Assembly: GCA_026026165.1 (NCBI GenBank)
Contig: JAPEUD010000065.1
Coordinates: 1 to 64,000 of the forward strand
Length of the DNA: 64,000 nucleotides
Direction of reading: 5' to 3'
DNA from: Sarea resinae
Taxonomy: Eukaryota
Below, in pieces: positions 9,325 through 20,008 of this stretch (the first letter of the stretch is position 1; every line of letters starts with the position of its first letter). The position numbers and the translations under genes are program-made. The notes below the pieces were generated by a model that saw only the letters and a program-made list of their open reading frames with translations, did no database searches and was not told the DNA's origin.

Positions 9325-11211
9325 ATGACTATAGAAGGAACAACAAATGAATTTTTCTTGGAGAAGAATGGTGAGCAGGTCTCCTTTTCCTCCGTTCGAT
9401 CTCCGGCGTATATCCATCCACCGACTTCGGCTGGGTTGGATAGCCTCTTTGGCGATTTTCTGTTTGAAGATAGCCCAACCAGGCAGCAGGCTCAAGTCGA
9501 TACTACTGCCAAAGGAAATCAGCGACGATGCCTGCAGTTTCCGCCCACGAGTGCGATAAGTGCGGAGGTGCCGACACATTCGTTCCCTTCCAGAACGTCC
9601 CGGATTGCCCCTCAGGATACTCGCACCCCTGGTGATACCGGTTCACCACATGCTTTTGATCTGGGTTGGTCCCCAACTCGCGGACAGAACTCTATATCAA
9701 ATACAGGAGATAAATGCTCAAGGTCAGAATCGGGTCATGGATATCTTCATCCACAAGCGGCAACAAGCGTACGCTCTGAAAACCCAAGCCTCGCTTCACC
9801 ATCTCATATCGACTGGAATCAGCTAGACCTGCCTGTCTTGGATGATTTTCTCTTCTCTCAGCCTTACTCTGTTGATAATATCTGGAGTCCGCAATCTCAA
9901 AAGCAATCCAAGGTGTCGTCTCCAATTGCTACAGCGAAGTTTGCAGAAGATGGAGCTGCTGGGAATTGCGGGCCTTTGTCAACCTTGACCGAGCTGCCTC
10001 TACAGACTCTAAAGGACACCCAGCCAATTCCGATTGATCCCAGGCTCTTGACTTCGAGCGCTCCCGGAAATTTCACAATACCACAGTCTGTCATTACAGG
10101 GCATGGTGTTGAGACATCGGGGTCAACACCTTCGGAAGTGCCAAGTATGCCCATTGAGAGCGGCCAGATTCTTGAAATACAAACCACGTCCCCAGAAAGC
10201 ATCATGGAACTAGACGAGCCGAAAAATGATTTGGAAGAAAGGGAAAAAGGCTGGATCAGAACGAACAAATCAAAGGGAAAATACTCGCGGGCAAAGAAAA
10301 TCGCCGAATTCGATCCTAAGAAGGTATATAATCCTCTCACGGTAGCTCCATTGCAATGGGGAGCTTTCAATTACACGTCCGAAGGTGAGCTTGAAGCAGG
10401 TAGGCCCTATACGGTCAAGCAGATCGAGACATTCCTCTATGAACATCCTTTACATCAGATTCGAGGCCCGAAAGAAAGTGGGCTACGCATCTGGATTCAG
10501 CGTGTCCCCGCCGATTCTGCTAGACGCTATCCTACACAATGGTCTTCCAAATGTCGCTTTAGCAATTGCTGCGAAACGACCAGGAAGATATCCGTTGGTC
10601 ATTTTCGTGTCGCCTTCGACGAGCAGAGCCACAAGAACCAAGGTACGGATCCCCTCATCAATGCAGGGTATGTTCATCTGTTTTGTTTGGAGAAGTACTT
10701 AAACTTACCTCAGTTGATATCTGACCTTAACGTACGTGTTGACAGCAGAATACTTACTGCGGAAGTCGATGGCGTCAATCGAATGAGTTTGGGCCATCGA
10801 CAAGTCAACGCGGAAGCAGTTCGATTCGTGCAAGAATGTGAAGAAGGCTGGATTCCACGTGGTTATGCCCTTCATCCTCGAGGATCAGGTACCACCAATC
10901 ACCAAGGATCGTTGACCTATAAACTTCATGTTGCGAAGATCGATGAAGAACCTCCAAGCAGGCAGAAGGTAAGAGAGAAGAGAGGTGATAAGACAACCTA
11001 CCACAATCATCATCTTGGAAACTTAGACCTCCTGGCTCAGGAGCGTGAGATTAACAAGAATGTAGGCTTCCTGGACATGCCAGAAAAGAGCCGACGCGCT
11101 GCACAAACGAAAGGGAAAAAGAGAAAAGCTCAAGATCTGGTAGAGTTAGACTGTGAGGAGTCGCTGAATAGTGGCCGCTCAGAGACCTCTAAGAAGCTTA
11201 GGAAGAGATAG
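9325..11211 (+). CDS. Uncharacterised 628-aa protein: disordered N-half, C-terminal Cys/His domain, basic NLS-like tail
   Basis: Long intact ORF. Ordered C-half WIQRVPADSARRYP..KCRF..C..GHFRVAFDE..AGYVHLFCLE; tail KGKKRK/KKLRKR. Upstream exons are possible. Confidence 0.8.
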   Translation: MTIEGTTNEFFLEKNGEQVSFSSVRSPAYIHPPTSAGLDSLFGDFLFEDSPTRQQAQVDTTAKGNQRRCLQFPPTSAISAEVPTHSFPSRTSRIAPQDTRTPGDTGSPHAFDLGWSPTRGQNSISNTGDKCSRSESGHGYLHPQAATSVRSENPSLASPSHIDWNQLDLPVLDDFLFSQPYSVDNIWSPQSQKQSKVSSPIATAKFAEDGAAGNCGPLSTLTELPLQTLKDTQPIPIDPRLLTSSAPGNFTIPQSVITGHGVETSGSTPSEVPSMPIESGQILEIQTTSPESIMELDEPKNDLEEREKGWIRTNKSKGKYSRAKKIAEFDPKKVYNPLTVAPLQWGAFNYTSEGELEAGRPYTVKQIETFLYEHPLHQIRGPKESGLRIWIQRVPADSARRYPTQWSSKCRFSNCCETTRKISVGHFRVAFDEQSHKNQGTDPLINAGYVHLFCLEKYLNLPQLISDLNVRVDSRILTAEVDGVNRMSLGHRQVNAEAVRFVQECEEGWIPRGYALHPRGSGTTNHQGSLTYKLHVAKIDEEPPSRQKVREKRGDKTTYHNHHLGNLDLLAQEREINKNVGFLDMPEKSRRAAQTKGKKRKAQDLVELDCEESLNSGRSETSKKLRKR

Positions 11212-11410
11212 TCTTACTCTTAGCTTCTAGGAAGGTGGTATATTTATCACATAGTTTGTTGTTGGCCTAATAGTTTGTATATCGATCTATAGAAGGTATT
11301 CTGAAAATAGCCAAACACTATTATTTCGAATGCTCATGATTTACGTGGCTTTGTACTTCTTCAGACTCAGAAATTGGCTTGAAAGGTTGTATCTATTAAT
11401 TGTGATATAC

Positions 11411-12935
11411 TTATTCAAGTCTTCTAGCCACCCAATGTGAAGCTATGTATGTATTTTGTAGCATGCTTCTTGGATCCTGTATGTAACCACTCTCCCCGCC
11501 GTGTGCCATATGCCTCTCTATCTTGAACCCACTACTTTCAATCAAGAGGATAACTTCTTCGTCGGTGAACTCTACACTGCCAGCACCCGCGATTCCTTTC
11601 TGCTGTCTGTTCCGTTTCGTCTCAGGCTGTTCCTCTCCAGCGGTTTCCTTTGGACCGAAATTGCTGTCTTCGAAGTGCCAAAGCAGAGGGCCAAAATTTA
11701 TCCAGATACCCTGAACCTTCAGACAATTTCGAATCGTAGATATATAATTCATCAGATTTGGTGCCGTGTCAACAAAAAACACTGTCGCCACAGCATCATA
11801 ATAACCTCGGTGTGACGTGTCGCTATAGAGTAGAGCAAAGTCGGCCGCAGACATGCTCAACCTTTGGGAAGCCGGCGTTATCGTATGACTTGAAGCTTCA
11901 CCTAGAGCTGTTCCTGGATGAATGTCTGGTATCATGACTCTTTGTAACTGATGTTCACGAGATACGTGGTTCGAAAAGCTGAGTGCCCAAGGAAAAAGTT
12001 CCATCCTTTCAGTGGCACTTGTACGATTAAGAACAAAATTACTGGCCATGAGCTGGTGGTATGAGATCTCGTTGCCTTCCGTCCAAAAGCCCGCTGCACA
12101 TATCTCGAAAACGAGCCTTCCTAGACCGGCTCCAGGCACCAGAACTTTGATTGCCCCTCTATCTTGACAGGAGAGAAATTCGTGCTCCAGATCGGTAAGT
12201 ATAGGGCCATAACAGGCTGCTCTCTCTTCAGCACCTTCTGCACTCCAATCACGATAGAACTGTCGAATCGTGGAGCGCGCCTTGTCGAGATCAGAAGGAG
12301 TGGCTGTTCCACGCCAGTCCCGTGATTCCTCTGTCGGGACTGCATCAAGTCCAAACCCCTCGAGACCAGCTTCAAGTATTGCAGAAGCGATGTCCGCGTT
12401 TTTGTCGATGGCGTCGTCAACCCGCTCGAATGTGTCCAGGATAGAAAAGGGAGGGGCCGCAAGTACTTGCCATTGTGCTGAAGGAAGGGCGTAGAAGTTT
12501 TGACGTCGCCGGTGAGTCACGTTCAAGTGGGCTACCTTGCGATATTGACTGCGAGCATGAAAACTTAAGCAGTGCAACCTATACTACCTGGTAGGTAGGA
12601 TTCCAAGTTGTGCAGGCTAATCAAAAATCCAGTAAGGAAACGACGGGCAAAAAGACTGTCTGATTCCGCCCTCAAGCACGAGCGGTCAATGCTATAGGTA
12701 CGGGACTAGGACCATCTTACTCGCTGAACAACAGCACACAAAGTGAACGTAGGAACGGTCGAGCTGAAACAAGGAGGAGACACATCGATTTGAGGTGACA
12801 CTGACAAGGAGATTTCACCTACCAGAACGAATCCAATGCAGCAAATACAACTCGCTTCTCCTCTGGATCCGAAAGCGGATCAAATTCTCCACTCCACTCT
12901 CCTTCTCCCTTCCCGCCTCCTTCTAGTAATGACAT
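11411..12935 (-). CDS. N2227-like SAM-dependent methyltransferase (carnosine N-methyltransferase family)
   Basis: Motifs IRQFYRDWSAEG, VLVPGAGLGRL, EGNEISYHQL, TVFFVDTAPN and WINFGPLLWHF. First exon MSLLEG...DPEEKRVVFAALDSF starts at ATG 12935, followed by a ~270-nt intron. Confidence 0.92.
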
Positions 12936-13194
12936 CCCGATGCACAAGTAGTACTCTTCAGGGTAGTTGAAGGGTGGGCTCGAGATCGATTGCCGAATGT
13001 CTACCTCTACTACTTTACCTACCTACCGTACCTACCTTAGGATCTGTCGGGACTAGGCCGGAGATAAGCTGCCGCGCGCTTCTTACCTTATCAATTTCGC
13101 TCCGGAAGAAGACGCATACTACTACTTCAAGGACCTCCGAGCCAGCAAAATTTGCCTTTTAGTCAACTAATATATTCCACGATACCTTTTGGAA

Positions 13195-13713
13195 ATGTCA
13201 TTCAACGCTCACAGCGACCGGCCAACGAAGCGATCAACTTCCATGCCACCAGTTCAGATTTCCTTCCCTCTTCCCAGTGCCCCCCACACGACGATTCACC
13301 TGCACCTCACTATTTTAACGAGCTGTGTATTGCTCTTCCTCACCACCGCTACAGGCGAATCAAGTGGTCCTTGTGCCTTAGGAAGTTTTGTATACTCGAT
13401 GCCTGATGTATGTCGCCGAGCCCGTCGACAATCACGTAAGGCTAATGTTCTACAGCGGACGTGTTCGACGAATGCTATCCACACGCCGTTATATGTCCGA
13501 GAGTCATCCCTCGACTTCACGACTCGCATAGCAAGGATACTAGCAAGCAGGGTTGGGAAGCCCATCTACGTGGGTAACAGCATCTCACTTTCGAGTACCG
13601 GTTTGGGGGGTACTGTAGAGGAAGAGATGGAGAGTCTGGGGAAAGTGGTTGAACTGACCCTCCGCGAGATCGAGAGGGCCAGCAATGGTGGCACTCCCTT
13701 GAAGAGCCAGTGA
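13195..13713 (+). CDS. Proteasome assembly chaperone 4 (PAC4/Poc4)-like protein
   Basis: FPLP..PHT.IHLHLT, LGSFVYSMP, HTPLY, DFTTRIARILA.R..KPIYVG and VEEEME match the fungal PAC4 pattern. One in-frame intron at ~13408-13455. Divergent from the N2227 gene by ~260 bp. Confidence 0.75.
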   Translation: MSFNAHSDRPTKRSTSMPPVQISFPLPSAPHTTIHLHLTILTSCVLLFLTTATGESSGPCALGSFVYSMPDVCRRARRQSRKANVLQRTCSTNAIHTPLYVRESSLDFTTRIARILASRVGKPIYVGNSISLSSTGLGGTVEEEMESLGKVVELTLREIERASNGGTPLKSQ

Positions 13714-13820
13714 TTCATCGCTCCCATTCTATCGTCCAGCACAAGCTTAAGCTTCATGTGTTCGAAGCGAGAAACATCCATACAAGAGCGCAACTTAGGG
13801 TGGACTCCAGATCTGGCAAA

Positions 13821-14794
13821 TTATAATTTGCTTCCAGCCAAATGTTTTCCACCGTCCAGAACGACGACAGCCCCGTTGACATGGCTGGCGGCCCTGCTAC
13901 ACAGGTAAACAACTGTGCCCGCAATATCCTCCCCCCTACCCAACCTCTTCGTTGGATTGGACGCAGCCATAGCTTCCTGGCCGCCTGTCAGCTCCAAGAG
14001 TCCGTTCGACATTTTGGATGGAAAAAAGCCAGGAGCTATAGCATTGCAGAGGATGTGTCGCGGTCCAAGCTCAACGGCAAGATTCTTAGTGAGATGTATC
14101 ACGGCTGCTTTTGAAGCTGAATAACCGAAAGTCGCATTCTCTCCCAAGGATCCGATCCCGATTCCGGCGACGGAAGCCGTAATGATCACACGGGAAGGAT
14201 CTTCTGCTGTTGCGTTCTTCTGCAATAATGGCGCAAACCTTTCCAATTACCATCAGCTTCGCTATGATATAAATCAAGCGGAGGGTATACATCATAAAGA
14301 AAGATCTCACAATCGTATTGTATTGAAGACACTCTTCACATTCAAGTCCATCACCTTCCCGAAAGCAGTGTCCGAGTGAGTGTCAAACTTCTCGCCCCAG
14401 GTAGCTCCTGCATTGGCGAAAAGAATATCGACATGATCGGTCGTTTGCTCTACTTCCGCCACCAATCTCTCCACTTCACTGAACTTTGCAATGTCCGCAG
14501 GTATAGGAATTGCCCGCGCGCCCTTGCGGATGTTCGGAAGGGCATTGAGGGCGGCGCAAGCTTCTTCGCATGCTTTGGCCTTGCGGGAAGTGATATAAAC
14601 CTTAGATGCGCCGGCTTGCAGGTAGCTATAAATTGAAGATCGAGTCAGTCCGCCGAGAACATTTGTAGTTTGCCCGTGGGAAGATACCCAGATGCCGCGT
14701 GTAAACCAAGTCCACGAGAGCCTCCCGTTACTACAATCACCTTGCCGTCAAGGGAGAAAATGCTTTCGAAATCCTTGAGCTCTGTCTCCGCCAT
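13821..14794 (-). CDS. Short-chain dehydrogenase/reductase (RhlG/FabG-like)
   Basis: VVTGGSRGLG Rossmann motif, FANAGATWG, YSASK catalytic motif, NAIAPGFFPSKM and VNGAVVVLDGG. Two introns. Confidence 0.93.
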
Positions 14795-15190
14795 GGTAAC
14801 GATGTAGATCAGAAGACAAAACACGTCCCAGTATAGCACGATGCTTCGAAATACGTCGCGGTGAGCTTCAGTCTTCCAGAAGGTTTGACTTGAAGCTCTA
14901 GCTCGCTCCTTTTCTGTTCACAAGCGCTTACTCACAACTACATTGCTGAAATGCATCAGCCTGCGAGCAATCCTACACCCACCAGATCGTGCCTCGGTCC
15001 GGAGTTACGTTCGGGCCAGTTGGCACCTTGTCCTTTACAGGGTAGGTACCTACAGTACCTACTGCTTAGTACGGAGTACTCCGGGGTAGGTAGGTACAGA
15101 GGTAATGCAAGGTACATGGTAGCCTGCTGAGGTACCTACAAGGAACTAAACTCGATCTGCAGATTAGTATTCTGACCTTCAAAATCTTCT

Positions 15191-15226
15191 AACGTGCCTG
15201 GAAAGCTGTGGCTTTCCAGGCACGTT
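15191..15226. repeat. Perfect 16-bp inverted repeat with a 4-nt loop
   Basis: AACGTGCCTGGAAAGC-tgtg-GCTTTCCAGGCACGTT. Confidence 0.9.
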
Positions 15227-16450
15227 GTCCTCAAACTACTGTACGATTCGAAGTGCAAAGTTCGTTTTTTCAATTGCGTCATTGTTTTAATATGTGAATT
15301 CCCTGTCTCATGACGGAATGGGGGCCTTCAGCTCTTCCTTATAAGTGGGCCAAACCCGACCTTCTTTTCAATTCTCGCTTTTAGGTACACTAGCAAACAT
15401 GTTTACCACAACAGCGGCTATCAGCATATGCTGATAAACATCCGAGAGGCTATAGAAGGAGATGTGAGGTAGCAGACTGCCTTTCTGGGCCCGAAGGAAT
15501 ATCTGGGTCTAATAATACGATACTCTTACATACGCAGTCACTGCGCTACTATCATCCGTGGAATTGCTTTGACAATGTCGAATGCGTCCGAGCCCCTGAG
15601 CTTGGGATTTGCTGAGCCGTACACCCTGGAAGTGACCACCATTTTAAAGCAAAGCTCAAGATTGAATGTTTCGGATTGGAGTCAAAGTCTGGGCTGGTTT
15701 GCATGGCTTGCCGCACCACACAACCGCCTTATTACTTCAGCTGGACTCAACAACAAATGATAATCAATCACCGGATCTACTAAGACCTATTTATATGGGA
15801 AGCTGGCTCAACCTCTTACGATCTCCGGCTGCCACTCCGATACGTCCTGACTGTATGTTAGCTCAAGGTTAACATATGCAATTCTAGGGTAAATAGGTAA
15901 TCTCACTTGCGTCTGCAACCACGCTCGGTGACATAGCGCTAGAGTAGTCTACAAATGCACGGTATAACATTACTCTAAAAGTTTTGGACTGCTATCTCAT
16001 GCACCAGAACCGGGATATGTGAAGACCATACCTCCTATACTGGGATTGTCACACATTGAATTCCACTAATCGATTCTATTAAGCCTAAGCTGTGCATTGC
16101 TGGATAAGCTGTATACTATAAGATAGCAGCTCCATCACAGTCTCCATATTTGAGTGTGTAAACAGGTCTTGCGGACTTCTGAGTACCTAATCAGCATATG
16201 TCATTGTCTCTGGCCCGAGCGAGATCCGGAGCAGGCATTAGAGCAAGAAACTCAGCTTACTTTAGCAATGGATTCTGGCTATCCATAGATCCGATAGGTT
16301 TTGATACTGCATCAGACTCCTCTGGTAACGCCCTCAAGCTATCCATGTAAGATCGTAGACTCTGCAGGAGCTCTGTACCATTGGCTTTATTCGGAGCAGT
16401 CTCGTTCTGCGCCTGGCACAGGCTCGTCGCGGTGTCTCGGAAGCAGCAGT

Positions 16451-17452
16451 CTACCCTGCACTCTGGATCACGTCATCTAAAAGTCCGCCTAACAGTCTCC
16501 AGCTTAATTGCCCACTGGCTAAATCCTGGTAATCGTCCTCTGCCGCTCTTCGGCACACCTCCCGTATCGCATGCTCATTGACCCTGACCACAAATCCTCT
16601 CTCCGTGATCATAGTCACAGATGCGCTCTGGGAGTCCCTTCCCACTAAGCCCTCTGCTCTCAAAAGCTTCACTAACCATTCGTCTGAGACTCCTCCCCCA
16701 ACCGCGTCGGTCACCTGGTGAATGTCTATCCAGGACTTGGAGCTTAGAGTTTCTCTCACGATTTCAAGGGCCATCTTTCGTCTTGTAAACTCTTCCTCCA
16801 CCAGTCTCTTCTCTTCGCCTCTTCTTTCCTCCCGCTCGATCAATTTTTTCCTCTCCAGCTGCCGTGCAAATTCCGCTCTCCGTCTCCTCTCTTCTAGTAT
16901 CTCACTTTGAAGAGCTTCCTCGACTTCCCTTTCTCGCGCTCTTTGCGCTTCACCTTGAGAACGAACAAATTCATGATAAGCCCGCCGTTGGTCGCGGCGG
17001 GCAAGAGATGCGGCTTTCTTTTTCCCAATCTCTCGAGCGCGAGCATTGATTCGAGGTTCTTGTGCTGGGTGTAAGAGACCTCGTTGAGGGTCTGCCGGAA
17101 CTGTACCAGGATCATTGACGGGGTCGAAGTTAACGTCCCCTCGGTTTTCTACCCAGTTGAGGGGCAGATCGTTCTCTCTAGTCGCCGGCCCTAGCTCGCC
17201 AACTTCCTCCAGATCCTCATCGTCAGCTTCAACTAGGTCCTCGGACTGATATTGTGGAGAGACGGTGTTTCCTTCTTGAAGTGAAGACTCGTCGGCCCTT
17301 TGCCGAAAGTAGCGGAGTGCTAGATAGAGAATAGAGCAGAGAACAATCGAACGAAAGACGTCCTGCGCCAGCGACGTTCCGGGTGATGCGAACGGTAATA
17401 GTAGGTTCAGGGCGTATTGAAAGCTCAGTAATGAGCTCTTAATTATCTCCAT
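16451..17452 (-). CDS. Membrane-anchored coiled-coil protein, DDRGK1/UFBP1-like
   Basis: N-terminal hydrophobic segments, an acidic linker, IGKKKA..LARRDQRRAY and an E/R coiled coil. The C-terminal winged-helix-like region ends TMITERGFVVRV, compared with the DDRGK motif GV.DDRGKFIY. Confidence 0.65.
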   Translation of the reverse strand: MEIIKSSLLSFQYALNLLLPFASPGTSLAQDVFRSIVLCSILYLALRYFRQRADESSLQEGNTVSPQYQSEDLVEADDEDLEEVGELGPATRENDLPLNWVENRGDVNFDPVNDPGTVPADPQRGLLHPAQEPRINARAREIGKKKAASLARRDQRRAYHEFVRSQGEAQRAREREVEEALQSEILEERRRRAEFARQLERKKLIEREERRGEEKRLVEEEFTRRKMALEIVRETLSSKSWIDIHQVTDAVGGGVSDEWLVKLLRAEGLVGRDSQSASVTMITERGFVVRVNEHAIREVCRRAAEDDYQDLASGQLSWRLLGGLLDDVIQSAG

Positions 17453-17775
17453 TACGATGCAAGATCAGGACGCAGTGAGAGCTCACTCCCACACTTGAAA
17501 GCTATCCGGCCATGTCAAGACCGTCGTTCTTGTTTTTGAAGCAGTGGGTGTTTGGAAGCCATATTCATCCGTGGGAAGGGAAATGGCCATCTGTACATAC
17601 AGCTTACGAGAATGCCCCTCGCACAAAATAAGCGCACGCCAATTGTTAATCTCGTCGCTTAAGGTGACGACATTAGTTGCCCGAGGTAGGTAGTCAGTCA
17701 CCTACTTCATATCTAAGGAAGACCAGACAGCTCAAGGTAAAGGACTTCCCACCATCATGCTGCTACAAGAACAAA

Positions 17776-18570
17776 ATGGCAATAGAGGGATCAAGTAAGC
17801 CACACTTCCCTCACTTATGTCGGCTCTCTAGTGTTAATGTTCATGATCTAGCAGAACACGTCATCCACTCTTCATTCGACCGAGTGATCACCCGCAAAGG
17901 CGATACCGCTGTCAAATCTGGACCAGACGTACGAGCTTCAGAAGCGATTACTCTGCAATTCATTGCTCAGAATACGGACATCCCAGTCCCGAGGATTCTC
18001 AGCGAGCCTGTAACTCGTGACGGTATTACTAGCTTCACAATGGAATATGTCGATGGTCAACCTCTACAGGATCTATGGCCTGATCTTACAGACGAGCATA
18101 AATTGACTATCCAAAGCCAGTTGAGGAAAATTGTCAATGAGCTCAGAGCAATCAAAGGGGCTTGCATCGGTGCCTTAAATCAGGGCACAGCGATTGATTG
18201 TCGAAGAACTATATATGAAGGCGGCCCGTTCCTAGACGAAAGCGAATTCAACAATTTTATTGTCTCGGACATGGTTACTGCAGTTCCAGAGATCTTCCGT
18301 GATATGGTCAGGCATAGATTACGCGCAGATCATGCCATTGTTTTCACACATGGTGACTTTACGCCACGCAACATAATGGTCAAGGATGGTCTTGTGGCCG
18401 CTGTCATCGACTGGGAATATGCCGGATTTTATCCAGAGTATTGGGAATACGTCAAGAGCCTCCGCTCATCTTTGGGGTTTCAAGACTTTATGCACAACGT
18501 CTTTCCGGAGTCATACGAGGAGGAATTTGTCACAGATCAATTTCTTTCTCGCTTTCGCCGTCATCAATAG
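17776..18570 (+). CDS. Aminoglycoside phosphotransferase (APH)/kinase-like protein, intronless
   Basis: EAITLQFIAQNTDIPVPR, MEYVDG, FTHGDFTPRNIMV, IDWEYAGFYPEYWEY. Confidence 0.9.
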   Translation: MAIEGSSKPHFPHLCRLSSVNVHDLAEHVIHSSFDRVITRKGDTAVKSGPDVRASEAITLQFIAQNTDIPVPRILSEPVTRDGITSFTMEYVDGQPLQDLWPDLTDEHKLTIQSQLRKIVNELRAIKGACIGALNQGTAIDCRRTIYEGGPFLDESEFNNFIVSDMVTAVPEIFRDMVRHRLRADHAIVFTHGDFTPRNIMVKDGLVAAVIDWEYAGFYPEYWEYVKSLRSSLGFQDFMHNVFPESYEEEFVTDQFLSRFRRHQ

Positions 18571-18585
18571 GTACAACGTGTCTTA

Positions 18586-19005
18586 TCACTCATCGGATGC
18601 TTCTGCGACTTTATCCACCATTCTGTCAACAGCGCTCTCAACTGCTTGCGGTGTGATCCATCCATATCTCTGCATAGCGGTCAGAGCATCGCCTATCCAA
18701 TTTTGACAGTTCCATGATCCCTCTCGGTTGTTTATATGAACGGCCTTGAGGCAAGCATCGATGTCTGCTTTTGATACCGCTCTTGGGATCGGTACCGGAA
18801 TCTCTCCATTGAAATGCTGACTAGCGTATGGAATCTGATTTCGGCGCTCGTCATACTCGAAGAATCCCGCTCCACCTACGGCATGGTAGAGGGATGACGA
18901 TTGGTCATTAAACTTGACGAAAAGAGCTGTATGCCGTGTAGCTTGTAAATCTACCGGATCGCCTGTGTACACGATGATGCTGAGGGCCGCGCTGGTGATA
19001 GACAT
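18586..19005 (-). CDS. Small permuted papain-like (PPPDE/DUF6540-type) protein
   Basis: RHTALFV..., YHAVGG and WNCQNWIGDAL give His followed by an NC catalytic-type motif. Intronless. Confidence 0.7.
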   Translation of the reverse strand: MSITSAALSIIVYTGDPVDLQATRHTALFVKFNDQSSSLYHAVGGAGFFEYDERRNQIPYASQHFNGEIPVPIPRAVSKADIDACLKAVHINNREGSWNCQNWIGDALTAMQRYGWITPQAVESAVDRMVDKVAEASDE

Positions 19006-20008
19006 CAAAAGTGATAGAAACGCTGGCAGCTGCCGACGATTAGACCAATCCTTGCACAAGAGACGAGGGCTTACCTAGATAGAGACCAGATCGAGATCGT
19101 GCTGAAATACTTTAGATGAAGTTTCCTAGATCTTATTTGCCGCAGTACAGAGAGGGGTTGTGCCAACCCATAGGCTAGGCCAACACCCCAGTGCAAATCC
19201 CGATCAGCCTTATCCATACTTGATGGTCGTGTATGAAGTACTCCGGAGGATATCGCATGAATCCCTGCAATCTTCATAGTAGATCATGTTTTCGCTTTGC
19301 GCCCGGATGTTGTTCCAGAGTACCGCTACCAAGGCTAAGCCTCACGCCAGCCACCTGCGGGTTTTTCCAGTCTCAAGCAAGAATTTCGACGATTCGATAC
19401 ATAGCTATGGCGGGTGACAAGAAGATTGAACACACCTCTAGACCCTTGCGCTCAGGTGGGTGTGTTCAAACTTTGAGCTAGGGACTGTAGATTGCTTGTG
19501 GGGAGCGCTGCGCTATAAAGTAGGCAAATAGGCATGACCTGGACGAGCCGGGCGGGTTCTAGTAGTCTTTTTGGCGCACGTAGGAACAGGTTTACCTAGT
19601 TATAGGACCTTATATTGCTTTAGCTCCTTATTTGCATGGCACTTTATAAACATGTTGTATGTATACTAGTAGCAAAGGTATCTAAGTACACTAGTATAGC
19701 ATAAGATGCAGAGAAGATATATATACATATATATATATCCAGAAGTAATAGTTTTATAAATGCAACAGTAAACCCCTTCTTCTCACGGCATAAGCAAACA
19801 TAGACAAACTTTTTATTGAGGGCCTAAGTATAATAATTGAGAGCTCCTTCTATGTTTAAATACTAGTTAGGAGTAGAAGCGAAGCTATAGGTAAGCGTTA
19901 TACGCCCAGAAGCACTGCAGATACAATAGCAGTTCTGCGTTATAGAAGCGAGGGCAGACGTATCTGTGTTGGGCCACCATACCACACTTTCTCAGAAAGT
20001 CTGGCTGC

